A stretch of DNA of 54,640 nucleotides from a bacterium (GTDB lineage Bacteria; Patescibacteriota; Patescibacteriia; UBA2196). The notes beneath the pieces were generated by a model. The model worked only from the letters and a program-made list of their open reading frames with translations, did not search any database and had not been told where the DNA came from. The position numbers were made by a program, and so were the translations under genes. This document shows positions 10,600-20,200 of this stretch, piece by piece. Where the stretch lies: the NCBI GenBank assembly GCA_035388785.1, contig DAOOQN010000005.1, positions 1 to 54,640 of the forward strand, given 5' to 3'. Numbering within the stretch: position 1 is the stretch's first letter; the number at the start of each line of letters is the position of its first letter.

Positions 10600-12243
10600 T
10601 TATAAACCCAAATCTGTTTGAAATTTATTTTTTTCAATTTCTACTTTTTTTGCTTTTTTATGATATTCTTTTGACCAAAGTGGTAAATTTAACTTTTGGC
10701 CATGAAGCAATTCTTCAATGGTGATAATCTGAACTTTTGGAAATTCGCCAGCATAAAAATCAACTTTGTAATTTCCCGCCAAAACAGCTTCTTCCAACAT
10801 TGGTTTTGTTGGTTCTTCCAAAGTAATAAATACACCACCGGTGGCTTTTTCTCTTTCAATATCACCCTTTAGAGTGGCAATATCATTTCGTTTTACCCCG
10901 CCACTTTTGACTTGAACTATAATTCTGCCATATTGATTATCGCCTTTTTTAAATCCGATAATCGGCGCCAAAGTGCCGTCAATACCTTTGTCTGCACCAT
11001 GCATATTTTCTTGACTTTTGCTTTTGGCCGGCATGGCATCAATTAGACTCAAAGCCCAATATTCAAATTCAAATCTGTCCTTTTCTGCCAGAGCTTTGGC
11101 GGCTTTCAAATCTTTGGGCAAGCCATCCAAATTAATTTTAATATTTTTGTCCGCAAATTGTTCTTTTAATCTTTTATTGATTAAGTTTATCGCCAGCATG
11201 GTAATATCGATGCCAATCCAATTTCTATCCAATTTCTCTGCCGCTGACACAGTTGTGCCACAACCGCAAAACGGATCCAAAACCCAATCTCCACCTTTTG
11301 ATGATGCTTTAATAATTCTCTCTAAAAGTGCTTCGGGTTTTTGAGTGGGATAACCAAGAGATTCACTACTTATTCCTTGAAGTGGTTTTACATCCTCATC
11401 AAACCACATATCGGAAACTAATTTTCCTTCAGTATCTTTTAAATACATCTTTTTTCTAAATAATCCACCTTTGGTTTTTATCAGCAAATCATTTTTATAC
11501 ATCTCTTCCAATTTTTCTTTTGAGTAAAGCCACATCGCATTTACTCCTTGAAATTCAAAAACTTTTCTACCAGCATATTTTTGTACTCCACCAGCAACAA
11601 TCGCAACCGTTTGATATTGACCTTTTCCGTCTTTATCATCATAATTAAATGATTTTGCGTATTCTTCGTCGGCAGAAGAATAAATTTTATTAAAAACAAA
11701 ATTATCTGATTTGCTATAAAATAAAATTGTATCATGTTGACTTCCAAATTGTTTAGTTTGAGCTTTTGAACTATTTGTTCTTTTCCAGACAATTTCATTT
11801 CTAAAATTTTCTTTTCTAAAAATCACATCTAAAATAAGTTTTAAATAATGGCTGGCAGTTGGGTCGCAATGGAGATATAAACTGCCGGTCTTTTTCAAAA
11901 CGCGATGCAATTCAATCAACCGCACAGTCATCATGGTTAAATACGCCAGCATGTCGTTATTGCCAATCATTTTTTCAAAAGCCAACATTAAATTGGAAAT
12001 ACTATCGTTGGTTTTGCTTACCAAATAATCAAAAGCTTGTTTGGTTTCTTGCGTCCATTGCCAAGAATCCTCAAACGCCTGAATTTGCGCCTCGCTGTCT
12101 TTCAACCCTTCTTTAAAAAGCACATTATAGTTGCGATTGGAATTGAATGGCGGATCAAGATAAATCAAATCAAAAACTTCATCCTGAATTTTCTTCTGCA
12201 AAATTTCTAAATTATCGCCAAAATAAAGTGTTCTATTTTCCAT
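10600..12243 (-). CDS. Site-specific DNA methyltransferase (beta-class N6A/N4C) fused to a C-terminal Mrr-type restriction-endonuclease domain
   Basis: Motif [15 protein letters not shown] lies near the N-terminus. Motif [12 protein letters not shown] lies around aa 320, giving the IV-before-I order of the beta class. The C-terminal roughly 150 aa carry ADKGIDG ... IIVQVKSGG, which matches the D...(Q/E)xK core of Mrr_cat nucleases. Confidence 0.85.
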   Translation of the reverse strand: MENRTLYFGDNLEILQKKIQDEVFDLIYLDPPFNSNRNYNVLFKEGLKDSEAQIQAFEDSWQWTQETKQAFDYLVSKTNDSISNLMLAFEKMIGNNDMLAYLTMMTVRLIELHRVLKKTGSLYLHCDPTASHYLKLILDVIFRKENFRNEIVWKRTNSSKAQTKQFGSQHDTILFYSKSDNFVFNKIYSSADEEYAKSFNYDDKDGKGQYQTVAIVAGGVQKYAGRKVFEFQGVNAMWLYSKEKLEEMYKNDLLIKTKGGLFRKKMYLKDTEGKLVSDMWFDEDVKPLQGISSESLGYPTQKPEALLERIIKASSKGGDWVLDPFCGCGTTVSAAEKLDRNWIGIDITMLAINLINKRLKEQFADKNIKINLDGLPKDLKAAKALAEKDRFEFEYWALSLIDAMPAKSKSQENMHGADKGIDGTLAPIIGFKKGDNQYGRIIVQVKSGGVKRNDIATLKGDIEREKATGGVFITLEEPTKPMLEEAVLAGNYKVDFYAGEFPKVQIITIEELLHGQKLNLPLWSKEYHKKAKKVEIEKNKFQTDLGL

Positions 12244-12311
12244 ATCTTATTAGTTAATGATTATTTTAAACTTCCGAATTTCCACTGACGTGGAAATAAT
12301 AATAGTAATAT

Positions 12312-13130
12312 TTAAATTAAAGTTAAAATTTCCTCAATGGCTTTATGTTGCTGACGCCAATCACTTCCCCAACGTGAACTACCTTCTACAGTTAAATAAT
12401 GAATATTGTTTTCTTTGGCCCAACTGGACAAACTACCGGACAAGTTGACATTATATCTGATTTTAAATTTGGCTTTTTTAAAATAAATCTGGGCCCAAGT
12501 TTCTGCTACTGCATCACCAGGAACAGGCATAACATCACTGCCCATATTATGAAAAGCAATCACGTTTTTAATATTTTCATTCTTAATTAAATCCATAACT
12601 ATTTTTGTTTCTGCTTCAGAGCCGCCAAATTCACCTCCAAAAACAACGATAGTTTCATCCTGATAATCGCGACCAGTTTTCCAGGTTGTCTGACTTATAA
12701 AATCAGCCGTAGGAAAATTACGATTTAAATCCACGTCGCGCGCATTGAGACGACCAATTCGACCGCGATGCTTGTAATCTGGAAACTGTCTGGCAACTTC
12801 GGCACCATCTGGATTTAAGCACGGTATGACAAAAACTGTCAGATTAAAAAATTTTTCTTGATTATTATACAACCAATTAACTAAATAATGCGCCAACTTT
12901 ACTGTGCCAACTTCATTACCATGAATTCCACCTATTAGTAATACTTTTTTTTCACCGTGTCCAAATTTATAACACCGAATATTGTGACCCTGGGTTGAAG
13001 TACCCAAAGAATACCATTCGGCCCCACTTTTAATTTGTGGCGCTTTGTCAAAAAAATTATGATAGCGGCCAATTAATCCGCGATAGATTGTGCCGAAAAA
13101 ATATTTAATTTTATAAAATAAATTTTGCAT
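12312..13130 (-). CDS. M14-family zinc carboxypeptidase (gamma-D-glutamyl-diamino-acid peptidase-like)
   Basis: GGIHGNEVGT (HxxE zinc ligands), NPDG, and DLNRNFP motifs are present. Confidence 0.8.
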   Translation of the reverse strand: MQNLFYKIKYFFGTIYRGLIGRYHNFFDKAPQIKSGAEWYSLGTSTQGHNIRCYKFGHGEKKVLLIGGIHGNEVGTVKLAHYLVNWLYNNQEKFFNLTVFVIPCLNPDGAEVARQFPDYKHRGRIGRLNARDVDLNRNFPTADFISQTTWKTGRDYQDETIVVFGGEFGGSEAETKIVMDLIKNENIKNVIAFHNMGSDVMPVPGDAVAETWAQIYFKKAKFKIRYNVNLSGSLSSWAKENNIHYLTVEGSSRWGSDWRQQHKAIEEILTLI

Positions 13131-13134
13131 AATT

Positions 13135-13884
13135 TTATTTCATTCCAACAATTAACATATTTCTACCTTTCTTTTGCAAACCTTTATTTTGTTTTTCTTT
13201 TGAATAAAAATTATTCTTATTGTCACACACCGAACAAAAATTACTTACCACAACCTCACTGACACCTCCATCTTTTAAATCATCCAATATCCACTTTAAA
13301 AGATCAAGATGATAATAACCATGTCGTTTATAAATATGCTCGATGGCCTTTTTTGTCTGTAAAACTGGCTTAAAAACTTTTTTATATTTTAAACAACAAT
13401 CCTGTGCTCCCGGAGTTACCACACAAAATAAATCTTCTGCATTTATTTTAAAATCCTTTTTCAGTTTAGATAATGTCTTGGCAATAATACCAGCGCCGAT
13501 TGGAACATAACCAGCATGAACTAGGGCTAAAACCTTTTTTTTAGGTGCATAAAAAATAATTCCAAAACAATCAGCAAAACTGATGGCTAAATAATACTTT
13601 TTTCTATTCGTTATTAAAGCATCGCCCCAAACTGGTTCAATTTTTTGATCTAAAGAATTCAAACCATCTTTGTTTCTTACAAAAACTACCTTATTTGCGT
13701 TATCAACCACGGGTCCCATATCAATAACATCTCCCGAATTTATTTTTATTTTTTTAAAAAATTTTTTTCTATTATTAAAGACTGTTTTTTCATCGTCAAA
13801 CTTAAAACTCATATTTCCATCTTCCACGGTGGAAATAGCATGTTGCAAATTTTTATGTTTCAATAATTCTTTAATTTGATACAT
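13135..13884 (-). CDS. pgeF: YfiH/PgeF-family (laccase-domain) peptidoglycan editing factor
   Basis: GDALITN, FADCFGI and LVHAGYV motifs match the DUF152/PgeF family. Confidence 0.75.
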   Translation of the reverse strand: MYQIKELLKHKNLQHAISTVEDGNMSFKFDDEKTVFNNRKKFFKKIKINSGDVIDMGPVVDNANKVVFVRNKDGLNSLDQKIEPVWGDALITNRKKYYLAISFADCFGIIFYAPKKKVLALVHAGYVPIGAGIIAKTLSKLKKDFKINAEDLFCVVTPGAQDCCLKYKKVFKPVLQTKKAIEHIYKRHGYYHLDLLKWILDDLKDGGVSEVVVSNFCSVCDNKNNFYSKEKQNKGLQKKGRNMLIVGMK

Positions 13885-13886
13885 AA

Positions 13887-14936
13887 TTACAATCCTTTAT
13901 CCAACAAATAAACCATGATGGCGGTAATGCAAGCCATACCAGAAATAATCCAGTAACGCATAACAATAGTTTCATCTTTTATGCCTTGGAGTTGAAAAGT
14001 GTGATGAATGGGTGCGGCAGGAAACAGTTTATGACCTTTTATTTTGCGGTGCGTGAGTTGAATAATATCCGAGGCAGTGGTGATAACCAACATAATACCA
14101 GCCAACGGCAATAACAAAACAGCGTTGGTCATAAAAGCAACCACAGTTAAAGTGGTGGTCAAAGCCAAAATACCAGTTTCGCCAATATAAAAACGCGCTG
14201 GTGGCGCATTAAACCATAAAAATACCGCCAACGTGCTGGCAATCATGGCGCAAAAAGCCGCCAAATCTGTTTGGCCACGTAAAAAAGCAATCACGCCATA
14301 AGTGGCAAAAAGCGGGGCAAAAACTCCACCCGACAGACCATCGATGCCATCAATAACACCCGAAGAAAAAACTGCCACCATTGTTATAGCAAACAAAGGA
14401 ATGTAAAAACCATTTATATAAAAATCACCAAAAAATGGCAAATGAATGGTATCCCAACCAAGTTTAAAATGAAACCACAAGGCACCGACCAAACCAATTA
14501 CAAAAACCATAACAATACGGCGTTTTAAGCTCATACCGCCACCTAAATATTTACCCTTATTCTTGGCGGTCAAAATATCATCAGCAAAACCAAGCACACC
14601 GGCCAAAACCAAAATTCCAAGTGGCAACCATGTTTCAGAACGCGACAAAAATTCTAAATTACTGAAAACTCCAGGAAAAATATTATCTAACACCGGAATC
14701 AAAAGTGCCAAAAACAAAATCGTAACCCAAATTAAAAGTCCACCCCCGCGAGGAGTTTTAATTTTATGATCTTTTTCTATTTTTTGAAATGTCACCAATA
14801 CGCGGCCATCGGTGGTAAGCTGGCGCGCTTCTTTCCACATTTTGTGTTTAGTTAGAAAACGTGCCAAAATTGGCGCCCACCAAAAGGCGCCCACAAAAGC
14901 CAAAACTGTTAAAATAAAAATTTTTGCAACGGACAT
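13887..14936 (-). CDS. mraY: Phospho-N-acetylmuramoyl-pentapeptide transferase
   Basis: 349 aa polytopic membrane protein. Motifs include TPRGGG, GFADDIL, NGIDGLSGG, and the HHTFQ (HHH-like) motif near the C-terminus. Confidence 0.95.
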   Translation of the reverse strand: MSVAKIFILTVLAFVGAFWWAPILARFLTKHKMWKEARQLTTDGRVLVTFQKIEKDHKIKTPRGGGLLIWVTILFLALLIPVLDNIFPGVFSNLEFLSRSETWLPLGILVLAGVLGFADDILTAKNKGKYLGGGMSLKRRIVMVFVIGLVGALWFHFKLGWDTIHLPFFGDFYINGFYIPLFAITMVAVFSSGVIDGIDGLSGGVFAPLFATYGVIAFLRGQTDLAAFCAMIASTLAVFLWFNAPPARFYIGETGILALTTTLTVVAFMTNAVLLLPLAGIMLVITTASDIIQLTHRKIKGHKLFPAAPIHHTFQLQGIKDETIVMRYWIISGMACITAIMVYLLDKGL

Positions 14937-14951
14937 AATTTAGATAAAAAA

Positions 14952-15359
14952 TTATTTAATTACCAAATAGACCAAACTCCATTCCTTAAACCACTTAAAA
15001 TTTTTATGAAATCTATAATGCTCTATAGTGTCTAATAAAATATGGATTAAATTACTTAAAAATAATAAAAAAAATATTTGGTTAAAAAAAGATAAAATTA
15101 ATAAAATAAAATTAAATTCTGGCGAGTGAAAAATGTATAAGTTGGCTTGCATTTCCTGACGATAATAATTGCCAGCCTGAATTAATTTTTTTGGGCTTAA
15201 GGTTTTATATTTAATTATTAAAAATAAAATGTGATCTAAATCTATTAAAATTCCTAGGACTATAAATAATAAATAAATTTTTAAAGACTTAATAAATTCA
15301 ATTTTATAAAAAATTGCGCCTATAACTGTGTTAGTGATTAAATGTGTCGGCAGGTTCAT
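14952..15359 (-). CDS. Membrane-bound metal-dependent hydrolase family protein (DUF457/YdjM-like)
   Basis: THLITNTVIG at the N-terminus, LIDLDH, and a C-terminal HILLDTIEH are spread over about 4 TM helices. I chose the start at Met19 because the upstream 18 codons read through the GC-rich repeat. Confidence 0.55.
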   Translation of the reverse strand: MNLPTHLITNTVIGAIFYKIEFIKSLKIYLLFIVLGILIDLDHILFLIIKYKTLSPKKLIQAGNYYRQEMQANLYIFHSPEFNFILLILSFFNQIFFLLFLSNLIHILLDTIEHYRFHKNFKWFKEWSLVYLVIK

Positions 15360-15390
15360 TGGTTTATTTATTACCTGATTGCTCCATGTG

Positions 15391-15429
15391 ATCCCTCGGC
15401 TCAAAGCGACCAAAAAAGCCGCTCGGGAT
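15391..15429. repeat. GC-rich palindromic mini-element (copy C, inverted relative to copy A)
   Basis: The sequence is ATCCCtcggctcaaagcgaccaaaaaagccgctcGGGAT. Its reverse complement shares atcccgagcggc...cgagggat with 4741-4784. It lies in the pheS/DUF457 intergenic gap. Confidence 0.55.
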
Positions 15430-15443
15430 AAACTACAAAAAAA

Positions 15444-16481
15444 TCAAAATTGGTGCAGAAACCTTAAATCCCCACTGTGCATTAAACGCACATCATCAAT
15501 ACCATATTTCATCATAGCCAGACGATCAAGCCCTACATTGATATAAAAACCTTGCCAAATTTTTGGATCCAAACCACCAGCCTTTAAAACATTGGGGTGC
15601 GGTGCGCCGCCAGGCATAACCTCCAACCAACCATTATGTTTACACACACCACAACCCTTACCTTGACATACCTGACATTGCATATCAATTTCAAAACCAG
15701 GTTCCACAAAAGGAAAAAAACCGGCGCGCATACGTGTTTTTATAGGATGACCAAAGACGCGCTCCAAAATGGTATTAATCATAATTTTACCAGCTGAAAA
15801 AGCAAAATCATTATTAATAATTAAAGCTTCATACTGATAAAAACAACGTTCGTGTCCGGCATCGGTGGCCTCCATTCGAAAAACGCGGCCGGGATAGACA
15901 AATTGGAACGGCGGCTGATGGGTGCGCATATATTGGACGCTGGCACCGGTCAAATGCGGACGCAAACACAATCTGTCAACACCACTGTTTTTTGCTGACT
16001 GTTTCAGCCAAAAGGTGTCCATAGATTCTCTGGCTGGATGATCAGGTGGAAAATTTAAATCATCAAAAACTTCTTTTTCGTTTGACAACTCATTGCTTTC
16101 ATAAATTTCAAAATTTAAAGAACGAAAAACATCATTCAAATCATAAATAATTTTTGTAATGGGATGCAACCCAGACAGCACCACAGGACGGCCCGGTAAA
16201 CTAGCATCGTAAATTTTATCCTTTTGTTCTTGATTAGCGCCAGCTAAAATATTTTTGGTTTCGCTAAAAATATGTTCAATTTCTAATTTAATTTCATTGG
16301 CCAGTTTACCCACCAATGGTTTTTCTGCGGCTTGCAAATTTTTAATGCTTTTCAAAGCCTCTGTAAACTTACCTCTACGACCCAGATACTCCACACGTAA
16401 ATTTTCTAAAACAGCATCATTTTTAACAGCCTTTATTTTAATTTCAATTTCATCTTTTAAATTTTTTAGTAAATCTTGCAT
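15444..16481 (-). CDS. pheS: Phenylalanine--tRNA ligase alpha subunit
   Basis: Class II motifs are present (FPPDHPARESMDTFW, GRVFRMEATDAGH, FFPFVEPGFE, GLDRLAMMKYGIDDVR). The start is set at MQDLLKNL to avoid overlap with the upstream gene. Confidence 0.95.
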   Translation of the reverse strand: MQDLLKNLKDEIEIKIKAVKNDAVLENLRVEYLGRRGKFTEALKSIKNLQAAEKPLVGKLANEIKLEIEHIFSETKNILAGANQEQKDKIYDASLPGRPVVLSGLHPITKIIYDLNDVFRSLNFEIYESNELSNEKEVFDDLNFPPDHPARESMDTFWLKQSAKNSGVDRLCLRPHLTGASVQYMRTHQPPFQFVYPGRVFRMEATDAGHERCFYQYEALIINNDFAFSAGKIMINTILERVFGHPIKTRMRAGFFPFVEPGFEIDMQCQVCQGKGCGVCKHNGWLEVMPGGAPHPNVLKAGGLDPKIWQGFYINVGLDRLAMMKYGIDDVRLMHSGDLRFLHQF

Positions 16482-16491
16482 AAATAAAAAA

Positions 16492-16971
16492 TTATTGCTT
16501 TTTAAGAGATAGAACAAACATTTCCATAACAGTTAAAATCAAAACTAGAATTAATAAAATCCACCAGGTGACTAAATTTAGGCTTTGTAAAATTAAAGCA
16601 CCAGTTATTAAAAAACCCAACCAAACCGCCTGACGAAAAGAATTTCTGACCTGAATATGCGAGAATTCTTTGGGCTGAAAATAATAACGACACAAAAAAC
16701 CAATCAAAGAAGCTGTACCAACGACAGCAAAAAATTCGGCTGCATAGAAAATTCCGATACCAATTAAGCCAGACTCGTTTGGGTCAACAAAAAATACGAC
16801 TAGTGCCAGCGCTCCCCAACACAACAAAGTCGCCACGGTCATAAAAAATAAATAGCGGGCTAAAGTCATGGCTTTTGGGTTGTTTTTAACCTTAAAGTAA
16901 GCACTTTTATTATACCAAAAAATAAAAATAACGGCAAATACAAATAAGCGCTTTTTTGAGCTAATTTTCAC
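16492..16971 (-). CDS. Hypothetical integral membrane protein
   Basis: 159 aa with four predicted hydrophobic helices and a GTG start. I recognise no family. Confidence 0.45.
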   Translation of the reverse strand: MKISSKKRLFVFAVIFIFWYNKSAYFKVKNNPKAMTLARYLFFMTVATLLCWGALALVVFFVDPNESGLIGIGIFYAAEFFAVVGTASLIGFLCRYYFQPKEFSHIQVRNSFRQAVWLGFLITGALILQSLNLVTWWILLILVLILTVMEMFVLSLKKQ

Positions 16972-17267
16972 TATAAAACATATCTAATTTTTTCCACTAC
17001 CAAAGAGTTAAATTTTTTATTTAAAGCATCCAAAATCTGGCCTTCATTTAACTTTATTTCCTGCGCCATGGTGGATGACAGACAAGCCACAGTCAAAATT
17101 TTATCTTTACAATACAGAGCCTTAGCTTTATTTTTCATTTCTATACCCCATTTTTCAATCACAATTTTATCAAATTCTTCACATAAAAGAGCAGCAGTAA
17201 TTTGATGAGCCAAGCCCTTGCTAGCCACCTGTTTATTTAAAATGTTGTAAATTTGGGTAAAAGACAT
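16971..17267 (-). CDS. DUF721/DciA-like protein
   Basis: 98 aa. The pattern of a C-terminal (A/S)QE(I/L) helix (STMAQEIKLNEGQILDALNKKF) after LTVACLSS matches DUF721 proteins. Confidence 0.55.
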   Translation of the reverse strand: MSFTQIYNILNKQVASKGLAHQITAALLCEEFDKIVIEKWGIEMKNKAKALYCKDKILTVACLSSTMAQEIKLNEGQILDALNKKFNSLVVEKIRYVL

Positions 17268-17279
17268 ACAAAATTATAA

Positions 17280-20200
17280 TTATAATTCGCGATATTGGCA
17301 GATTTCCTTAAAATCACAATAATGACAATTAAAGACTGACGGCGTAGCGGAAAAATCAGCCTGCATAATTTTATCAGTAATAACCATAATTTTTTCTTTC
17401 ATCTTATCAATTTCCTTGTCCGTACCTAAAAACGAAACAGCTGTGCCATCGTCAAGATAATAAAAAGTTAATTTTTCTAGTGGCCAATGTAAATTTTCAC
17501 TGGCCGCAATTTGATAAATTAACAATTGATCTTTTTCGACAGTTTTTTCATTTTTAGAGACACCGGTTTTATAATCTATTATTTCAAATCCACCAGTAGC
17601 CAGCTTATCGACTCGATCAATAAAACCTTTAATAGTACGAGTTGCTAGCTTAAAAGTAAAACCAATTTCTAAAAATTGTACCTGGGGAACACCAAATTCT
17701 TGCAGTTGAGCATATATCTTTTTGAGAGATTTTTCACCCAGTTGTCTATATTCCTCTTTTTGTTTTTTATCAACATACCAATCATCCACCCATGATTCAT
17801 TATAAAAATTTAACAAGTGTTCCCAACTTGGTAATTTTTTTGATTTAGTATCATCTACACCATTGATTGATTTTTCAGTACCAGAAAAAAGTTCACTTTG
17901 TATAGAAGCGTTGTTATCTTTTATTAGCGCAAAAAACTTTTGCAAAGTAGAATGCATGGTCTTGCCATAACTAAAACTGGCTTTGCCCATGACCGGTACC
18001 TTAACTACAAAACTTAAATAATATTGATAGGGACACGTAGCAAAAGCCTTAAGCTGTGAAAAAGAAAAATGACCTTTTTCAGCTGGCAGCGTTGATGTCG
18101 CAAATAAATTTTTATGAACTGATTCAGCTGGCGCTAAACTCAGGTCATGACCTAAATTATTTTTCTTGCTTTTTGTCTGTATAGCTTCAGGCACAGCTAA
18201 ACCAACTTCAAATAAAAAACGCGATAACTTTTTGCGTTCTTTACCGCCATAATTTTCAGCTGCAGTAAAAAATAAACCCTGCTTGGCACGCGTTATGGCG
18301 ACATAAAAAAGTCGTCTTTCTTCCTGCAAATGAACATCGCCGGTTGGAACTTTTTCTTTAATTAATTCAACCGGCAATTCAATGGATTCTTTTCTTTCCA
18401 GTGAAGGAAATCTTTTATCAACTAGACCAGCCACAAAAACATATTTGAACTCCAAACCCTTGGCCGCGTGTACGGTCATCACTTTTATTGCCTCCGGGCC
18501 TTCGTCAGATTCAGGAATTAAACTTCCCTCTTCACCAGCCTCTAGCTCTAAACTAATTAAATTGATAAAATTTTTAACTGAATTATTACCAAGTGTGTGG
18601 TTTCCGCCAGAGGCGGATCCGCCTCTGGCGGAAAAATCATCAATCTTCTTGCCCAACTGATTTAGATAGCTAAAGGCTTGTACATCATTTTTTTTGAGCA
18701 AATATTGGCTATAATTAAAATCTTGCAAAAAAGCCAGGATCACATGCCGCACACTTTTTTCTTGAACTAAGGTGGTGTGTTTATTTAGCAATCCCAAAAT
18801 TTTTGCAACCTTTCTTTTGGTGTCCTCGGAAATATGACTAAGTAAGTTAATTTGTTTTAAACATTCAAATAGTGACCAGGCTTTGCGGGTGGCAAAACGA
18901 CTGAACTCCATTAAATCTTCGGTGGCAATATTGAGTGTCGGTAAATTTAACACACGCCACAAAGCCAATGATTCGTGATAATTATCCAACAATTTTAAAT
19001 AGGCCAACACATCCATTATGATTTCTTTTTGATACAAGCCTTTGGATGCCACAAAAGTATGTGGCAAGTCTTGCGTGCGCAAGGCTAATAAAAACGCTTC
19101 AGCTTGTGAATTGGCACGCACCAAAATAGCAAAATCATTCCAAGTGAGAGCTGTTTCACTCTCCTTTAAAGTGATAATCTTTTCCACCACCATGGCAGCC
19201 TCAGCGCCGGCATCTTCAGCACGTAGAAGTTCAATGCTACCTAAATCAGCTGATTGTGCTACAAGTTTTTTACTTAAAGTTGCGACATTATTAGAAATTT
19301 TTTTAAGCTTAACTTCCAAACGTTCGGGGTTGTTAAGTTGAATAAAATTATATGCCAAATCCAGAATATTTTGGCAAGAACGATAGTTATGTGTTAAATA
19401 AATTTCATGAGCATTTTTAAAATCATCTTTAAACTGTAAAATATTGGCTACCGAAGCACCACGAAATTTATAAATTGACTGGTCGTCATCTCCCACAACA
19501 GTTAAGTTGCCGTGACCCCCAGCCAAAAGCTTGATCAATTCATACTGAGCAAAATTTGTATCCTGAAATTCATCCACCAAAATATATTTAAATTTTTCTT
19601 GATAGAGTTCTAAGATATGCGGCCGGGCGCGCAAAAGTTTTAAAGTATAATTAATCAGATCCCCAAAATCTAAACTACTGTTTTCTAACAATAATTGTTG
19701 ATAAACATGATAAGCGTTAGCAATTTCTTCCAATCTTTTAATTTCAAATATATCTGTTTCATCATTACCTACCCCTACCCCCTCCTTATAAAGGAGGGGG
19801 GCTTCGGTCATCTCCCCCTTGATAAGGGGGAGTCGCCCCACAGGGCAGAGGGGGTCTTGTTTTAATATTTTAATATTTTCATTTTTTAATATAACTCCGC
19901 CACTCGCCTCCATACTGTCTAAATTAATTTTTAAATCCTCAACGTGTTTTAAATAATCCTCTGGCCAAATTTCCTCATCTTTACAGCGAGAAAAATGTTT
20001 TATTAATGCATGGATAAACTTGGTCGGATTGCCCAAGGGCTGGTAATAATCTAGATTAAAACAATCTAAATTTTGACGCACCAAAAGCCATTGTTCGGTT
20101 TGATTTAAGAGTTTAAAGTCAGATGACAAACCAATATCCAAGCCATGCTGTTGCAATAAACGTTCAGCAAAAGCGTGAAAAGTCATAATCCATAAATCCA

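Noticed and set aside
18601-19857. The GC-rich repeats as a possible CRISPR array, or as frameshifts that make the helicase a pseudogene.
   Set aside because: The copies differ in sequence and length and are not regularly spaced with unique spacers. The helicase reading frame is intact through all of them.
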